DNA of 64,000 nt from positions 126,210-190,209 of the forward strand of contig JBBTCT010000012.1 of NCBI GenBank assembly GCA_038060895.1, written 5' to 3'. A program made the translations under genes and the position numbers. Below, piece by piece: positions 1 to 10,424 of the stretch; positions within the stretch are counted from its first letter, which is position 1; the number at the start of each line of letters is the position of its first letter. Under the pieces are notes generated by a model. That model was given only the letters and a program-made list of their open reading frames with translations, was not told the origin of the DNA and did no database searches. Origin of the DNA: Planctomycetota bacterium (GTDB taxonomy: Bacteria; Planctomycetota; MHYJ01; WSZJ01).

Positions 1-108
1 CACAAAAGGACGCGCCCCTTCCAGCCCGTCTCTTTTCATTCACCTCACTTCGAAATCGGGAAGGACTACGGCGGGAGAACGGGGCGGCAATTGCTCCGCA
101 GCGTGCGA

Positions 109-453
109 TCAATCCTCGTGGTTCAGCACTTCGCCAAGGATCGCCAGCGCCAGTGACTTCTTCCGCGGCGGCGCCGTTTTCACGAGGTCGAGCAGCTTCG
201 TCTCCGTCACCTCTTCCGCGGCCGCCAGCCCCTTCGCTTCGAAGAGGAACAGCTGGTGCAGCTCGACGCCGAGACCGCGCGCCAGCTTGGCGACATTGTC
301 GATCGTGACGTTTCGCTCCCCGCGCTCAATCGCGCCGAGGGATTTCGAGTCCATGTGCGCCTTCACGGCCAGCTCCTCCTGGGTCCACCCGCGGTACTTG
401 CGGACGGTCCGGACGCGCTTGCCGAACGACTTGCGGCTGGTGTCGGCGGGCAT
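109..453 (-). CDS. XRE-family helix-turn-helix transcriptional regulator
   Basis: HTH_3 pattern GKRVRTVRKYRGWTQEELA...IERGERNVTIDNVAKLARGLGV. Confidence 0.88.
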   Translation of the reverse strand: MPADTSRKSFGKRVRTVRKYRGWTQEELAVKAHMDSKSLGAIERGERNVTIDNVAKLARGLGVELHQLFLFEAKGLAAAEEVTETKLLDLVKTAPPRKKSLALAILGEVLNHED

Positions 454-486
454 GACTCTCCCCTGACGGCCAATGTTGCGGCGATC

Positions 487-1851
487 TTAGTCCCGCTTCG
501 CCTTCGATGGTTTCTTTTTCGGTGTGGCTTTCGAGCGAAGCGTTTCCCATCCCGCGATGCGCTGGGCAATTTCCTTTTCGAATCCCTGGTCGGACGGCTG
601 GTAGAACTTTCGGTCGACGAGTCCATCAGGGAGATAGGTAAGGCCGGGAGCGAAGTGACCGGGGAGGTCGTGGGCGTACTTGTAGCCTTTTCCGTAGCCG
701 GCCGCCGACATGAGCGGGGTGACGGCGTTGCGCAAATGAAGGGGGACGGGCTCGTTTTCGGACTTCTGCAGGTCTTCCAGGACCTTCCCGTACGCGGAAT
801 AGAGCGCGTTCGACTTCGGCGCGGTGGCGAGGTAGACGGCGGACTGGGCGAGCGCCAGGGAACCTTCGGGCAGTCCGATGAACTCGACCGCGTCCTTCGC
901 GGCGAGCGCGACGCGGAGCGCCGCCGGGTCGGCGAGCCCGATGTCCTCGCATGCAAAACGCACCATCCGCCGCGCGACGTAGAGAGGATCCTCGCCCGCT
1001 TCGATCATGCGTCCCATCCAGTAGAGCGCCGCCTGCGGGTCGGAACCCCGCATCGACTTGATGAAGGCGCTGATGATGTTGAAGTGCTCCTCGCCGGACT
1101 TGTCGTAGATGAGCGTCTTCTTCTGGGCGGAGGCGCGCACGCTCTCTTCGGTCAGATGGCGGACTCCGGCGGCGTCGGGCGTGCTCGTGGTCACCGCGAG
1201 TTCCAGAAGATTCAGCGCCACACGCGCGTCTCCTTCCGACAGATTCGCGATCGCCTCGATGGCCCGCGGCGGCGCGTCCACGTGCTGTCCGCCGAGCCCG
1301 TTTTCCGCGTCGGACAGAGCGCGGCGCAGGAGAGCCCACACGTCCTCCTCCGTCAGGCGCTCCAGCCGGAACACGCGGCTCCGGGACAACAACGCGGAAT
1401 TCACTTCGAAGCTCGGGTTCTCCGTCGTCGCCCCGATGAGCACCACCGTCCCGTCCTCGACGTGGGGCAGGAACGCATCCTGCTGTGCCTTGTTGAAGCG
1501 ATGGATTTCATCGACGAAGAGGATCGTGCCTCGGCCGCTCTGGGTCCGGATGAATTTCGCACGGTCGATGACGTCCCGGATTTCCTTCACGCCGCTCGTC
1601 ACGGCGCTGAACTGGGTGAAATCGAGACCGGTCTCGGTCGCGATGAGGCGCGCCATCGTGGTTTTTCCGCATCCGGGCGGCCCCCAGAAAATCATCGAGG
1701 GCACGCGCGGCGACTTGAGGGCCGCGCGCAGCGGTGCGTTCGCGCCAACGAGCGATTCCTGGCCGACGAATTCCGCGAACGATCTCGGACGAATCCGGTC
1801 GGCGAGCGGGCCCTGGCGAACGGAAGTGGGACGGGGGTCGAAGAGGCTCAT
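487..1851 (-). CDS. rarA: Replication-associated recombination protein A (RarA/MgsA AAA+ ATPase)
   Basis: PLADRIRP, Walker A GPPGCGKTT, DEIHRFNKAQQD, GATTENPSF, PVPLHLRNA, YKYAHD. Confidence 0.96.
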   Translation of the reverse strand: MSLFDPRPTSVRQGPLADRIRPRSFAEFVGQESLVGANAPLRAALKSPRVPSMIFWGPPGCGKTTMARLIATETGLDFTQFSAVTSGVKEIRDVIDRAKFIRTQSGRGTILFVDEIHRFNKAQQDAFLPHVEDGTVVLIGATTENPSFEVNSALLSRSRVFRLERLTEEDVWALLRRALSDAENGLGGQHVDAPPRAIEAIANLSEGDARVALNLLELAVTTSTPDAAGVRHLTEESVRASAQKKTLIYDKSGEEHFNIISAFIKSMRGSDPQAALYWMGRMIEAGEDPLYVARRMVRFACEDIGLADPAALRVALAAKDAVEFIGLPEGSLALAQSAVYLATAPKSNALYSAYGKVLEDLQKSENEPVPLHLRNAVTPLMSAAGYGKGYKYAHDLPGHFAPGLTYLPDGLVDRKFYQPSDQGFEKEIAQRIAGWETLRSKATPKKKPSKAKRD

Positions 1852-1938
1852 GGGCGATCCGGGAAGTGAAGGGGTTACGGGGAGTATGCGCAGGAGGTCA
1901 CGTTGCGGCCAGAAACTGGAGGCGAGGAGCGGAGGGAG

Positions 1939-3336
1939 TTACTTCGCCAGCAGACGAACGATCTCGTCCTGGAGGCGGGTCGCGGGCGGCGTCCCTTCCT
2001 TGAGCTGCGAGCACAGCACCGCGAACGCCGCGCGGCCGCCCTTAGTCTCTACATAGCCCGCCAGGTTCGAGACGCCGGCGATCGTTCCCGTTTTTGCGCG
2101 CACCGCCCCCTCGAGACCCGGCAGCCGCTTCGACAATGTCCCGTCACCGCCCGGCGCCGCGAGACACTCGCGGAAGACCGCGCCCCACGGCCGCTTTGAC
2201 GCGCCTGCCAGCAGTTTGGTGACGGCCGCCGCGCTGGCCCGGTTGCCTTTGGAAAGCCCGCTTCCGTCAAGCCAGGCCAGCTCTTCCGCCCCAATCCCCA
2301 CAAGTGCGAGCGATTTCCTCGCTTCGAGGATGCACTCCTTCACGGTAGCGCCGCGCGGACCGGCCGCGCGCAGAATCTGCTCGGCATAGAAGTTCTGCGA
2401 GCGCTGGAGCATGACGCGGAGGGCGTCGCGGAGCGGCGTGGCGTGCACGAGAGGCTGGCCGTCGCCGAACGCGGGAATGAAAGGTTCATTGCGAAGGGTG
2501 ATGGGCGCTTCTTTCACCTCGAGCCCATTTCGTGCCAGCGTCTCGAGAAGGACCGCGCCGAAAAAACGCGCCGGGTCGTCGATGGTGACGGAGTCCGTCA
2601 TCGGTGCTGCGCCGGAGAGGAAGAGTCCCTTGACGGAGATTGTGCTCGAGCCGGGTTTGCGCCAGATGACGACAGAGTGCTGCGACTTGTCTGCCGTCGT
2701 CCCGCAGCGATTGTCGATTTTCACGTGAGCGGTGTCGGGCGACATCTTCACGATTGCGGGATCCCCCGCCGCCTTCCCGGGGGACACGGTCACTTCCACG
2801 CAGTCGTCATTCAGCGCAAGCGCGCCTGCGGGAGCGGCATACCATTCGTGAAGCTGGTCTTTCGGCCAGGCTTCGCCGATCCGGTCCGGCCCGAAGCGAG
2901 TCTCGTCGAGATCGATCCGGGTGATTTTCCGGATGCCGGCTTCGCGAAGGGCGGCGGCCCACCGCTCGAAGACCGCGCAGGGATTGCCCCCGAAGTCGCG
3001 TCCGGAGATCCCGGGATCGCCTCCTCCGACCGCGACAAGCGCCGCCTCGCCCTCCGCACCGCGCAGGACCCAGAGCCGCGTGACGAGCTCATAGTCGGGC
3101 CCGAGGGTCTCGAGGGCTGCACATGCAGTAAATAGTTTCGTCACGGAAGCGAGGGGAAACGACTCGTCGGCGCGCTGGGAGCCGAGCGGCGTCCCGTCTT
3201 GCACCGGCCTGGCATCGATCCCGGCGTTCGCAACGCCCTGCTTCTGCGCGAGCCTTGCGAACTCACCGTCGAGGTCGCCACCCGCCGCCCGGACGGCGAG
3301 GGCGAAGAAGACCGCCGCCGCCGCGTGGCGCCTCAT
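1939..3336 (-). CDS. dacB: D-alanyl-D-alanine carboxypeptidase/endopeptidase (PBP4, peptidase S13)
   Basis: SxxK (ASVTK), GGGDP, SxN (SQNFYAEQ), DGSGLS and KTGT motifs; signal peptide. Confidence 0.92.
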   Translation of the reverse strand: MRRHAAAAVFFALAVRAAGGDLDGEFARLAQKQGVANAGIDARPVQDGTPLGSQRADESFPLASVTKLFTACAALETLGPDYELVTRLWVLRGAEGEAALVAVGGGDPGISGRDFGGNPCAVFERWAAALREAGIRKITRIDLDETRFGPDRIGEAWPKDQLHEWYAAPAGALALNDDCVEVTVSPGKAAGDPAIVKMSPDTAHVKIDNRCGTTADKSQHSVVIWRKPGSSTISVKGLFLSGAAPMTDSVTIDDPARFFGAVLLETLARNGLEVKEAPITLRNEPFIPAFGDGQPLVHATPLRDALRVMLQRSQNFYAEQILRAAGPRGATVKECILEARKSLALVGIGAEELAWLDGSGLSKGNRASAAAVTKLLAGASKRPWGAVFRECLAAPGGDGTLSKRLPGLEGAVRAKTGTIAGVSNLAGYVETKGGRAAFAVLCSQLKEGTPPATRLQDEIVRLLAK

Positions 3337-3992
3337 TTCAGCGACGCTTCGAACTCCGCCGCCGACGGGACCCTTCCGCCGCTCGCAATCACCTTGCCGT
3401 CCTTGCCCACGAGTACGTGCATCGGCATGTCCTCGACCGGGAAACCGTACCGGGTGCGTGACAGCTGCCTCGGGTCCGGCACCAGCATGAACTTCAGTCC
3501 CTTCTGCCCCGCATATCCCTTCGCCTTCGCGCTGTCTTCACCGAGGAAAATTTCGGCGAAATGAACTCCTTTCGGCATCCAGGTCGAAGCGGCCTCGACG
3601 AGGCCAGGGAGCGCCGTGGCGCAAGTTCCTCACCACGAAGCGCCGAACACGATGAGAACGGGCTGTTTCCCGCGGAACGAGGAGAGCATGAACACCTTCC
3701 CCTCCGCGTCTTCGAGCACGAGTTCCGGCGCATCCTCGCCGGGCTTGACGCCCTTCTTGCCGCCGGTCAGCGGCGGCAGGTTCACCGGCGGCGCGTTGGG
3801 TTTTACCTCGCCGACCTGCCCGGTGCGCTTGTCCGCCTCGATCGGCTGGGCCGGCTTCACGGGCGTGGAGTCGTTGCGCTGCACGGGGAAGGGCCCCTTG
3901 CGATCGTTCTTCTTTGAGGATGACGAGGCGTCGCCGCAACCGGAAGCGGCGAAGGTCACGACGAGGAGGGCTAGGACCAGGGTGTTTGTCAT
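3333..3992 (-). CDS. Redoxin/TlpA-like lipoprotein with in-frame UGA (probable selenocysteine, UxxC)
   Basis: ORFs 3630..3992 and 3333..3578 share a frame. Read-through of TGA at 3630-3632 gives VLIVFGASW-U-GTC at the thioredoxin active site. Lipobox ASGC; GC hairpin at 3591-3605. Confidence 0.85.
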
Positions 3993-4000
3993 GGGGTCTC

Positions 4001-4504
4001 CTATCTTGCCGCGGCTTCGATGATCGCGTCATCAGGCAACTTCTGCCCTGTGTAACGAATGACGCCGCGCTTGTCGATGAGAACGAAGTGCGGGTAGTTG
4101 CCCAGCTTGTAGAGGGCGATGGAGATGTTCTGGGGGTCCAGGAGCATGCGAAAGCCGGCCTTGAACTCCGACGCGTACTTCTCGGCCTTTTCCGCAGTTT
4201 CCGAGAGAAGTACGGCCGCGACCTCGACCTCGCCGCCCCGCTTTTGACGCACTGCGTCAACGTCCGCGACCTTCGCCTGGCACATCGGGCACGAGGTCGT
4301 CCCGAACACCAGCAGCTGCGCCTTCCGACCGACGTACCCGGATTCGACGTACGGCGCACCTTTCGAATCCAGGAACGAAAACGCCGGCGCGGACTGGCCA
4401 ACCGCAGGGCCGACAGGAGGCGGCGGGCCAGGCTTCTGCGGCGGGGCCGGCGGACGACAGCCGGACAGGAGTATCGCGAGTGCCGCCACGATCCCCCGAT
4501 TCAC
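4001..4504 (-). CDS. TlpA/redoxin-family thiol-disulfide oxidoreductase lipoprotein (CxxC)
   Basis: GTG start overlapping the upstream stop (GTGA); lipobox LSGC; VGQSAPAF, FGTTSCPMC, YPHFVLIDKRGVIRY. Confidence 0.88.
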   Translation of the reverse strand: MNRGIVAALAILLSGCRPPAPPQKPGPPPPVGPAVGQSAPAFSFLDSKGAPYVESGYVGRKAQLLVFGTTSCPMCQAKVADVDAVRQKRGGEVEVAAVLLSETAEKAEKYASEFKAGFRMLLDPQNISIALYKLGNYPHFVLIDKRGVIRYTGQKLPDDAIIEAAAR

Positions 4505-7500
4505 TTTGCCTCCTCGAGGACGACAATCTTGTTCATGCTGTCCGCGATGTACACCTTGCCGTCGGCGCCAACGGTGATCCCCGTCGGTTTCGCAAGCTGG
4601 GAATCGCCCGCGCCTTTCATGGGATTGCTGCACAACCGTGTTCCGTCGGGCGCAAAGACCAGCAACTTGAGCAGCATCGTGTCCAGGACGTAGAGACGGT
4701 TGTTCGACCAGGCCATCGCACCCGGAAGACCTTCCGTGAACACCTTGAAGATTCCGTCGAAGGTCCCGTCGGGCTTGTACCGCTGGATCGTCTTGAGCCC
4801 CGAGTCGCTCGCGTAGATCCGGCCTTGGGCGTCGACGGTCAGCCCCACGGGCAGGTAGATCAGGTTCTCCAGGACCTTCCCGCTTCGATACTGGGCGCCG
4901 CACTTCCAGACAAAGGCTCCATCCTTCGCGGCCAGCTTCTGGATCCGGTAGTTCTTGTAGTCAAAACCGTAGATCGACTCGCCGTCCGGCGAAACCGCAA
5001 AGTCCGTCATGTAGTTGAACTTTCCGTTCTCGGCCCCCTTGCCGCCCATCGACCGGAGGATCGTCCCGTTTGCCGGGTCCACCAGGTTGATCGTGCTCAG
5101 GTTTCCCCATTCCGCAACCCAGAGACCACCCTTGGAGTCCAGCACGACGCGATTCGCGTATTTCAGGGCAACCTTCACGTCCCTCAAGACCGTGAGATCG
5201 GTCGCAATCGTGAAGAGCGTCCGGCTGGACTCGTCAATCGCATAGATCACGCCGGACGGGGCCACCGCGACAGACTGGAGCCCCCCGTACCTGCCCTTGA
5301 AGACCCCCTTGTAGGTGAAGGCCACTTCCTTCGGATCCGGAGGCTTCTCCCGCAGGGCCTTGCTCGCCTCCGCAAGGAGCTTTGCCGCGTCAGGATCTCC
5401 CGGGCGCACCTGAAGCGCCGCCTTCGCTTCCGCCTCCGCCTTCTTCCAGTCCGGGATGAGTTTCGCCTTCTGCGCGGCGTCCATGTGCTCGTCGAAGACG
5501 CGGTTGGCCGCATCCCGGGCTACCTTTGCCTCGAGGATTTTCGCCTTCGCAATCGCGCTGTCGGATTCGGCCTGGGAAGGTGCGATCGCTGCAGCCGCCC
5601 GGTAGGCCTCTGCCGCAGCCCGCGGGTCCGTCTCCTCCAGGGTCCTCGCCCCGAGCATCTTCTTCGCAAAGTTCGCGTTCTTCTGCCGGCTGTCCACGTC
5701 GGCCCGCGCGGCAAGCAGTCGCTGCGCGGCATCCGCGCCAACCACGGACGCCAGCGCCTCGGCGTCCTCGATTCTCAGCCGCGCCTGGTCAAAGTCGCCG
5801 CGACTCGCAGACGTCTCCGCGTCCGCAAGAAATTTTTCGAAACGCCGCTTGTTCTCTTCGGCAGTGGCGGCAAGGCCTCGCTTGGCCTCGAGCGCTTTCT
5901 TCAGCCGTCCGTACTCCTCCGTTTCCGCAGTCCCTTCGGCGCGCTCGGCGACAATCTGGATGGACTTGTCCGCCGCTTCCAGGTCGTTGGCCTCAATGTC
6001 GGTCTTTGCCTGGTCGGCAGCCTCGCGGAATTTCGCGGCCCGCTCCGCCTTGAAAGCGGCCTCTTCGTTTCTCTTCGCATCGTCCCGCGTTCGCTCGAGC
6101 GCTGCGGCAATCTGCGTCTTCACATCCTGGCGCACTTTCCTGTCGCGAGCCTCGTCCAGGAGTTTCACCAGCTCCGTGACCGAGGCCGCCGACGCCTTCG
6201 CCGGCTCCACCGAGGCTTTCTCGAGTTTCTGCAGGAATTCATCCGCGAGGGCGTCCTCCTGGCGCTGCCGGACATCCTGGATCGCCGACGTGATCTCCGC
6301 CCGCTGCGCGCCCGTGGCGTCCCGAAGCAGGTCGTTATAGATGTCCGTCGCTTCCTTGAAGCTGCCCTTGTCCCCCAGGTCGAACGCCTCCTGCATCCGC
6401 TTCGCGAATTTCTTCTCCGCGTCCGCCTCCGTAGTCCCGGGATTGACGGGAGGCTTCTCCGTCTTGACTCCGTTCCCGTCCACGACCGGTCCCTTTCCCG
6501 CCGTCTCGCCGCTTCCCTCGCCCTTCCCGCGCCCCCATTTCCAGATCGCAAACGTCCCAACCCCGAGCCCCGCGAGGAGAAACAGCATCGCCACGATGTA
6601 CTTCGGGTTCCGCCGCCCGATCTGCGTCCCGATGTTGCTCACGCCGGACTTCACCGACGAAATCATCCGGATCATCGTCGACGGCGACTGCGGAAGCGAC
6701 GCGAGCGCGTTGGACAGCTCGAGGCAGCTCTGGTAGCGCTCGTCCGGCTTGTCGCGAAGGCATTTCATGACAATCACGTCGAAGTCCTTCGGGACGTCCT
6801 TGTTGATGCGGCTCGGCGGGTCGAAAATTCCCATGGGCACCCGCCCGGTGGACATTTCGTAGAGCATGACGCCGACGGAATAGATGTCTGCGCGGCGGTC
6901 GACGTTCTTGGCGTCCCGCTTCTGCTCCGGAGCCATGTAGTCGAGCGTCCCCATCGCCATGTGGTCGCCCGTCAGCGTCCCGATTGCCGTGGATTTCTCG
7001 GCGAGCTGCGCGATCCCGAAGTCCGCGACCTTCGCAACTCCCGTCGTCTCGTCGAGAAGAATGTTTGCGGGCTTGATGTCGCGATGCACGACCCCCTGCT
7101 CGTGCGCGAAATGGAGCGCGCTGCAGACCTGCAGCCCGATCTCCATCACCTCCTTGAACGTCACTCCCTTCGCCGCGAGCTTCGCGCCGAGGCTCATTCC
7201 CTTCACGTACTCCATCACGAAGTAGCACGTCCCGCCGGCCTCGCCCTTGTCGATGATCTGGATGATGTTCGGGTGGTTCAGCTTCGCGACCGATTCGGCC
7301 TCGCGGTGGAAGCGGCCGACGAACTGGCGGTCGCGCGAAAACTCCTTCGGCAGGATCTTGATGGCGACGATGCGGCCGAGCGACTGCTGGATCCCCTTGT
7401 ACACGACCGCCATGCCGCCCCGGCCCAGGAGTTCGGTAGTCTCGTAAGGACCGAGCTTCATCGAGGAGCCCTGGGGAGGGCCGCCGGAAGGGTCGATCAT

Positions 7501-7518
7501 GGTCTTGTCTTCGTTCAC
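4501..7518 (-). CDS. Membrane Ser/Thr protein kinase with extracytoplasmic helical region and C-terminal NHL beta-propeller
   Basis: GRGGMAVVY, VAIK, HRDIKPAN, DFG, GTLDYMAPE; TM segment; NHL repeats (PTGITVGADGKVYIADS). Start uncertain (7518 GTG or 7500 ATG). Confidence 0.9.
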   Translation of the reverse strand: MNEDKTMIDPSGGPPQGSSMKLGPYETTELLGRGGMAVVYKGIQQSLGRIVAIKILPKEFSRDRQFVGRFHREAESVAKLNHPNIIQIIDKGEAGGTCYFVMEYVKGMSLGAKLAAKGVTFKEVMEIGLQVCSALHFAHEQGVVHRDIKPANILLDETTGVAKVADFGIAQLAEKSTAIGTLTGDHMAMGTLDYMAPEQKRDAKNVDRRADIYSVGVMLYEMSTGRVPMGIFDPPSRINKDVPKDFDVIVMKCLRDKPDERYQSCLELSNALASLPQSPSTMIRMISSVKSGVSNIGTQIGRRNPKYIVAMLFLLAGLGVGTFAIWKWGRGKGEGSGETAGKGPVVDGNGVKTEKPPVNPGTTEADAEKKFAKRMQEAFDLGDKGSFKEATDIYNDLLRDATGAQRAEITSAIQDVRQRQEDALADEFLQKLEKASVEPAKASAASVTELVKLLDEARDRKVRQDVKTQIAAALERTRDDAKRNEEAAFKAERAAKFREAADQAKTDIEANDLEAADKSIQIVAERAEGTAETEEYGRLKKALEAKRGLAATAEENKRRFEKFLADAETSASRGDFDQARLRIEDAEALASVVGADAAQRLLAARADVDSRQKNANFAKKMLGARTLEETDPRAAAEAYRAAAAIAPSQAESDSAIAKAKILEAKVARDAANRVFDEHMDAAQKAKLIPDWKKAEAEAKAALQVRPGDPDAAKLLAEASKALREKPPDPKEVAFTYKGVFKGRYGGLQSVAVAPSGVIYAIDESSRTLFTIATDLTVLRDVKVALKYANRVVLDSKGGLWVAEWGNLSTINLVDPANGTILRSMGGKGAENGKFNYMTDFAVSPDGESIYGFDYKNYRIQKLAAKDGAFVWKCGAQYRSGKVLENLIYLPVGLTVDAQGRIYASDSGLKTIQRYKPDGTFDGIFKVFTEGLPGAMAWSNNRLYVLDTMLLKLLVFAPDGTRLCSNPMKGAGDSQLAKPTGITVGADGKVYIADSMNKIVVLEEAK

Positions 7519-7574
7519 GAGCGGGGATTGCTCCGAATGACCTCGGGCAGGAAATCGGACGGAGTACGCAGGTC

Positions 7575-7708
7575 GGGTCAAAAGTCGAAGGTCATAGGTC
7601 GGAGATCAAGAGCCGGGACCCGCCAGGCTCAGGGTGAGGCAACGTGTCCTGAGGAAGCGACCGAGCCTGGTCCCGAACCCTTAACTCTCGACCTTCGACT
7701 TTCGACCC
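7575..7708. repeat. Intergenic imperfect inverted repeat built from short (~7-nt) units
   Basis: GGGTCAAAAGTCGAAGGTC ... GACCTTCGACTTTCGACCC; related GGTCGAAAGTCGAAGGTCGA at ~36547. Confidence 0.6.
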
Positions 7709-7722
7709 AGGTCACCATCTCC

Positions 7723-9315
7723 TCACTTGGCCACTTTCATTTCTTCCAGCAACCCCTGCACTTCCACGACCTCAAACGCCTTCTCCTTCCCTTTCAGCTT
7801 CACCGCTTCGAGCTCCTTGACGCGAAACAGCGGCTGCGCCTTCGCAATCGTCTGCTTCGCCACCAGGATCTGCCCCGGCGACGCCGCACCGCACAGCCGG
7901 CTCGCCGTGTTCACGACGTCCCCGATCACCGTGAATTCCATGCGCTGGTCGCTTCCGATCATCCCCAGCGCCGCGATTCCGGTGTTGATGCCGATTCCCA
8001 TCTGGATGACCGGCCGCCCGCGGCGCTCCCAGTCTTCGTTCATTCGCTTCAGTTTCTCCTGCATCGCGAGCGCGCACTGAACGGCGCGGTCGGGGTCGTC
8101 GGGGGCCTTGAAGGGCGAGCCGAAGACGGCAAGGAGAGCGTCGCCGATGAATTTGTCAAGCGAGCCCTCAAAGCGGAAAATCTCGGCGGTCATCTCCTGG
8201 AAGTACTCGTTGAGGAGACCGATCATCTGGTCGGCCGTGAGCTTTTCGCTGAGCGTGGTGTATCCCCGGATGTCGCTGAAGAGCACCGTGACTTCCTGCG
8301 ACTTTCCGCCGAGCTCGATCTTCTTCGACCCATCGACGATCTGCTCGACGACGTTGGGGCTGAGAAACCGTTCGAAGTTCGCGCGCTGCTTGGCCTGGTG
8401 CTGGACGGTGGCGTAGAGTCGCGCGTTCTCGACGGCGAGCGCCGCCTGGTTGGAGACGCCTGTCAGGAGCCGCAGATCCTCCTCGGTGTATGCGCCCACC
8501 GCGCGCTTGGAGTGCAGGTGCAGCATCCCCAGCACGCCGGCCTTCGCCTTGAGGGGCGCGCACATAAAGCTCCGGACCTGGGAGCTGAAGACGCTGGTGT
8601 CGCCCTTGCCGAAGCGCGCGTCGGTCTGCGCGTCCGAGGAGAGGATTGCGACTTCTTCCTGGAGCACGCGCGCCATGATTGCCTTTGAGATCGCCACGTG
8701 TTCGATTTTCGTCTGTCCTTCGCGCGTCCGGACGATGTTGGGGACGAGATCCCCTGCACGGTCGCGAAGCAGCAGGAACGCTTCGTCGGGTCGGAAAAGT
8801 TCCATGACCTTTTCCATGACGAGCCCGAGAACTTCCGAAAGGTTCGTCGAGCTCGAAAGGTTTGCCGAGACTTCGAAGATCAGCTGCAGCCTCGCGTTTT
8901 CGCGCGCAAGCGCCGTCGCGTCCAGTTTGGACGGCTTGGCGGCATTGACCTCCCCGACCCCGATGATCGTGCGGACAGCGGGGTTGACGAAATTGAAATC
9001 CCGGTCGAAATCCCGGGCTGCCGAAGAAGCGGAGAAAGTAAATTTTGTCCGGCCAACCTGGATCTCGTCCTTGTCGGAAAGGAATGCTTCCTTCACCCGG
9101 TTCCCGTTGAGAAAGGTGCCGTTCTTGGACTGGTCGCGCAGAAGAATTCGCCCGTCTGAACGGCGCGCGAGCGTCGTGTGGACGCGCGAGACGTTGAAGT
9201 CGTGCTTCAGAACGATCGTGCAGGCCTGGGAAGAACGGCCTATCGAAAGAGGCTCTTCGGAAAGCTCGAATATCGAACCGGGGTTCCAGCCTTCCTTGGT
9301 CGTGATCGAGGGCAT
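7723..9315 (-). CDS. FHA-GAF-class III adenylate/guanylate cyclase
   Basis: FHA (IGRS, VSRVH, SKNGTFLNG), GAF (SFMCAPL...AVENARLY), cyclase (LFSDIRGYT, DKFIGDA, GDVVNTASRL). Confidence 0.92.
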   Translation of the reverse strand: MPSITTKEGWNPGSIFELSEEPLSIGRSSQACTIVLKHDFNVSRVHTTLARRSDGRILLRDQSKNGTFLNGNRVKEAFLSDKDEIQVGRTKFTFSASSAARDFDRDFNFVNPAVRTIIGVGEVNAAKPSKLDATALARENARLQLIFEVSANLSSSTNLSEVLGLVMEKVMELFRPDEAFLLLRDRAGDLVPNIVRTREGQTKIEHVAISKAIMARVLQEEVAILSSDAQTDARFGKGDTSVFSSQVRSFMCAPLKAKAGVLGMLHLHSKRAVGAYTEEDLRLLTGVSNQAALAVENARLYATVQHQAKQRANFERFLSPNVVEQIVDGSKKIELGGKSQEVTVLFSDIRGYTTLSEKLTADQMIGLLNEYFQEMTAEIFRFEGSLDKFIGDALLAVFGSPFKAPDDPDRAVQCALAMQEKLKRMNEDWERRGRPVIQMGIGINTGIAALGMIGSDQRMEFTVIGDVVNTASRLCGAASPGQILVAKQTIAKAQPLFRVKELEAVKLKGKEKAFEVVEVQGLLEEMKVAK

Positions 9316-9470
9316 CGGGGACGAGTTTAGCAGGAGTTCGGCACCGCGAGCGCAGGCAGGCGCGAATCGCCCGTCCTGCCGGGAACATGGGACCGGACCG
9401 GGACAAAAAGCAATCACTGGCATATGGTTTCCGCCGGGGCATTCGGACCATCAACGGTCGATCCCCGCGA

Positions 9471-10417
<947 letters not shown>

Positions 10418-10424
<7 letters not shown>

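Noticed and set aside
4480-8688. 1402-aa plus-strand ORF and other long antisense ORFs (e.g. 256..1869, 17923..20313, 51744..54302)
   Set aside because: Shadow frames of well-supported genes on the opposite strand in high-GC DNA; no recognisable motifs.
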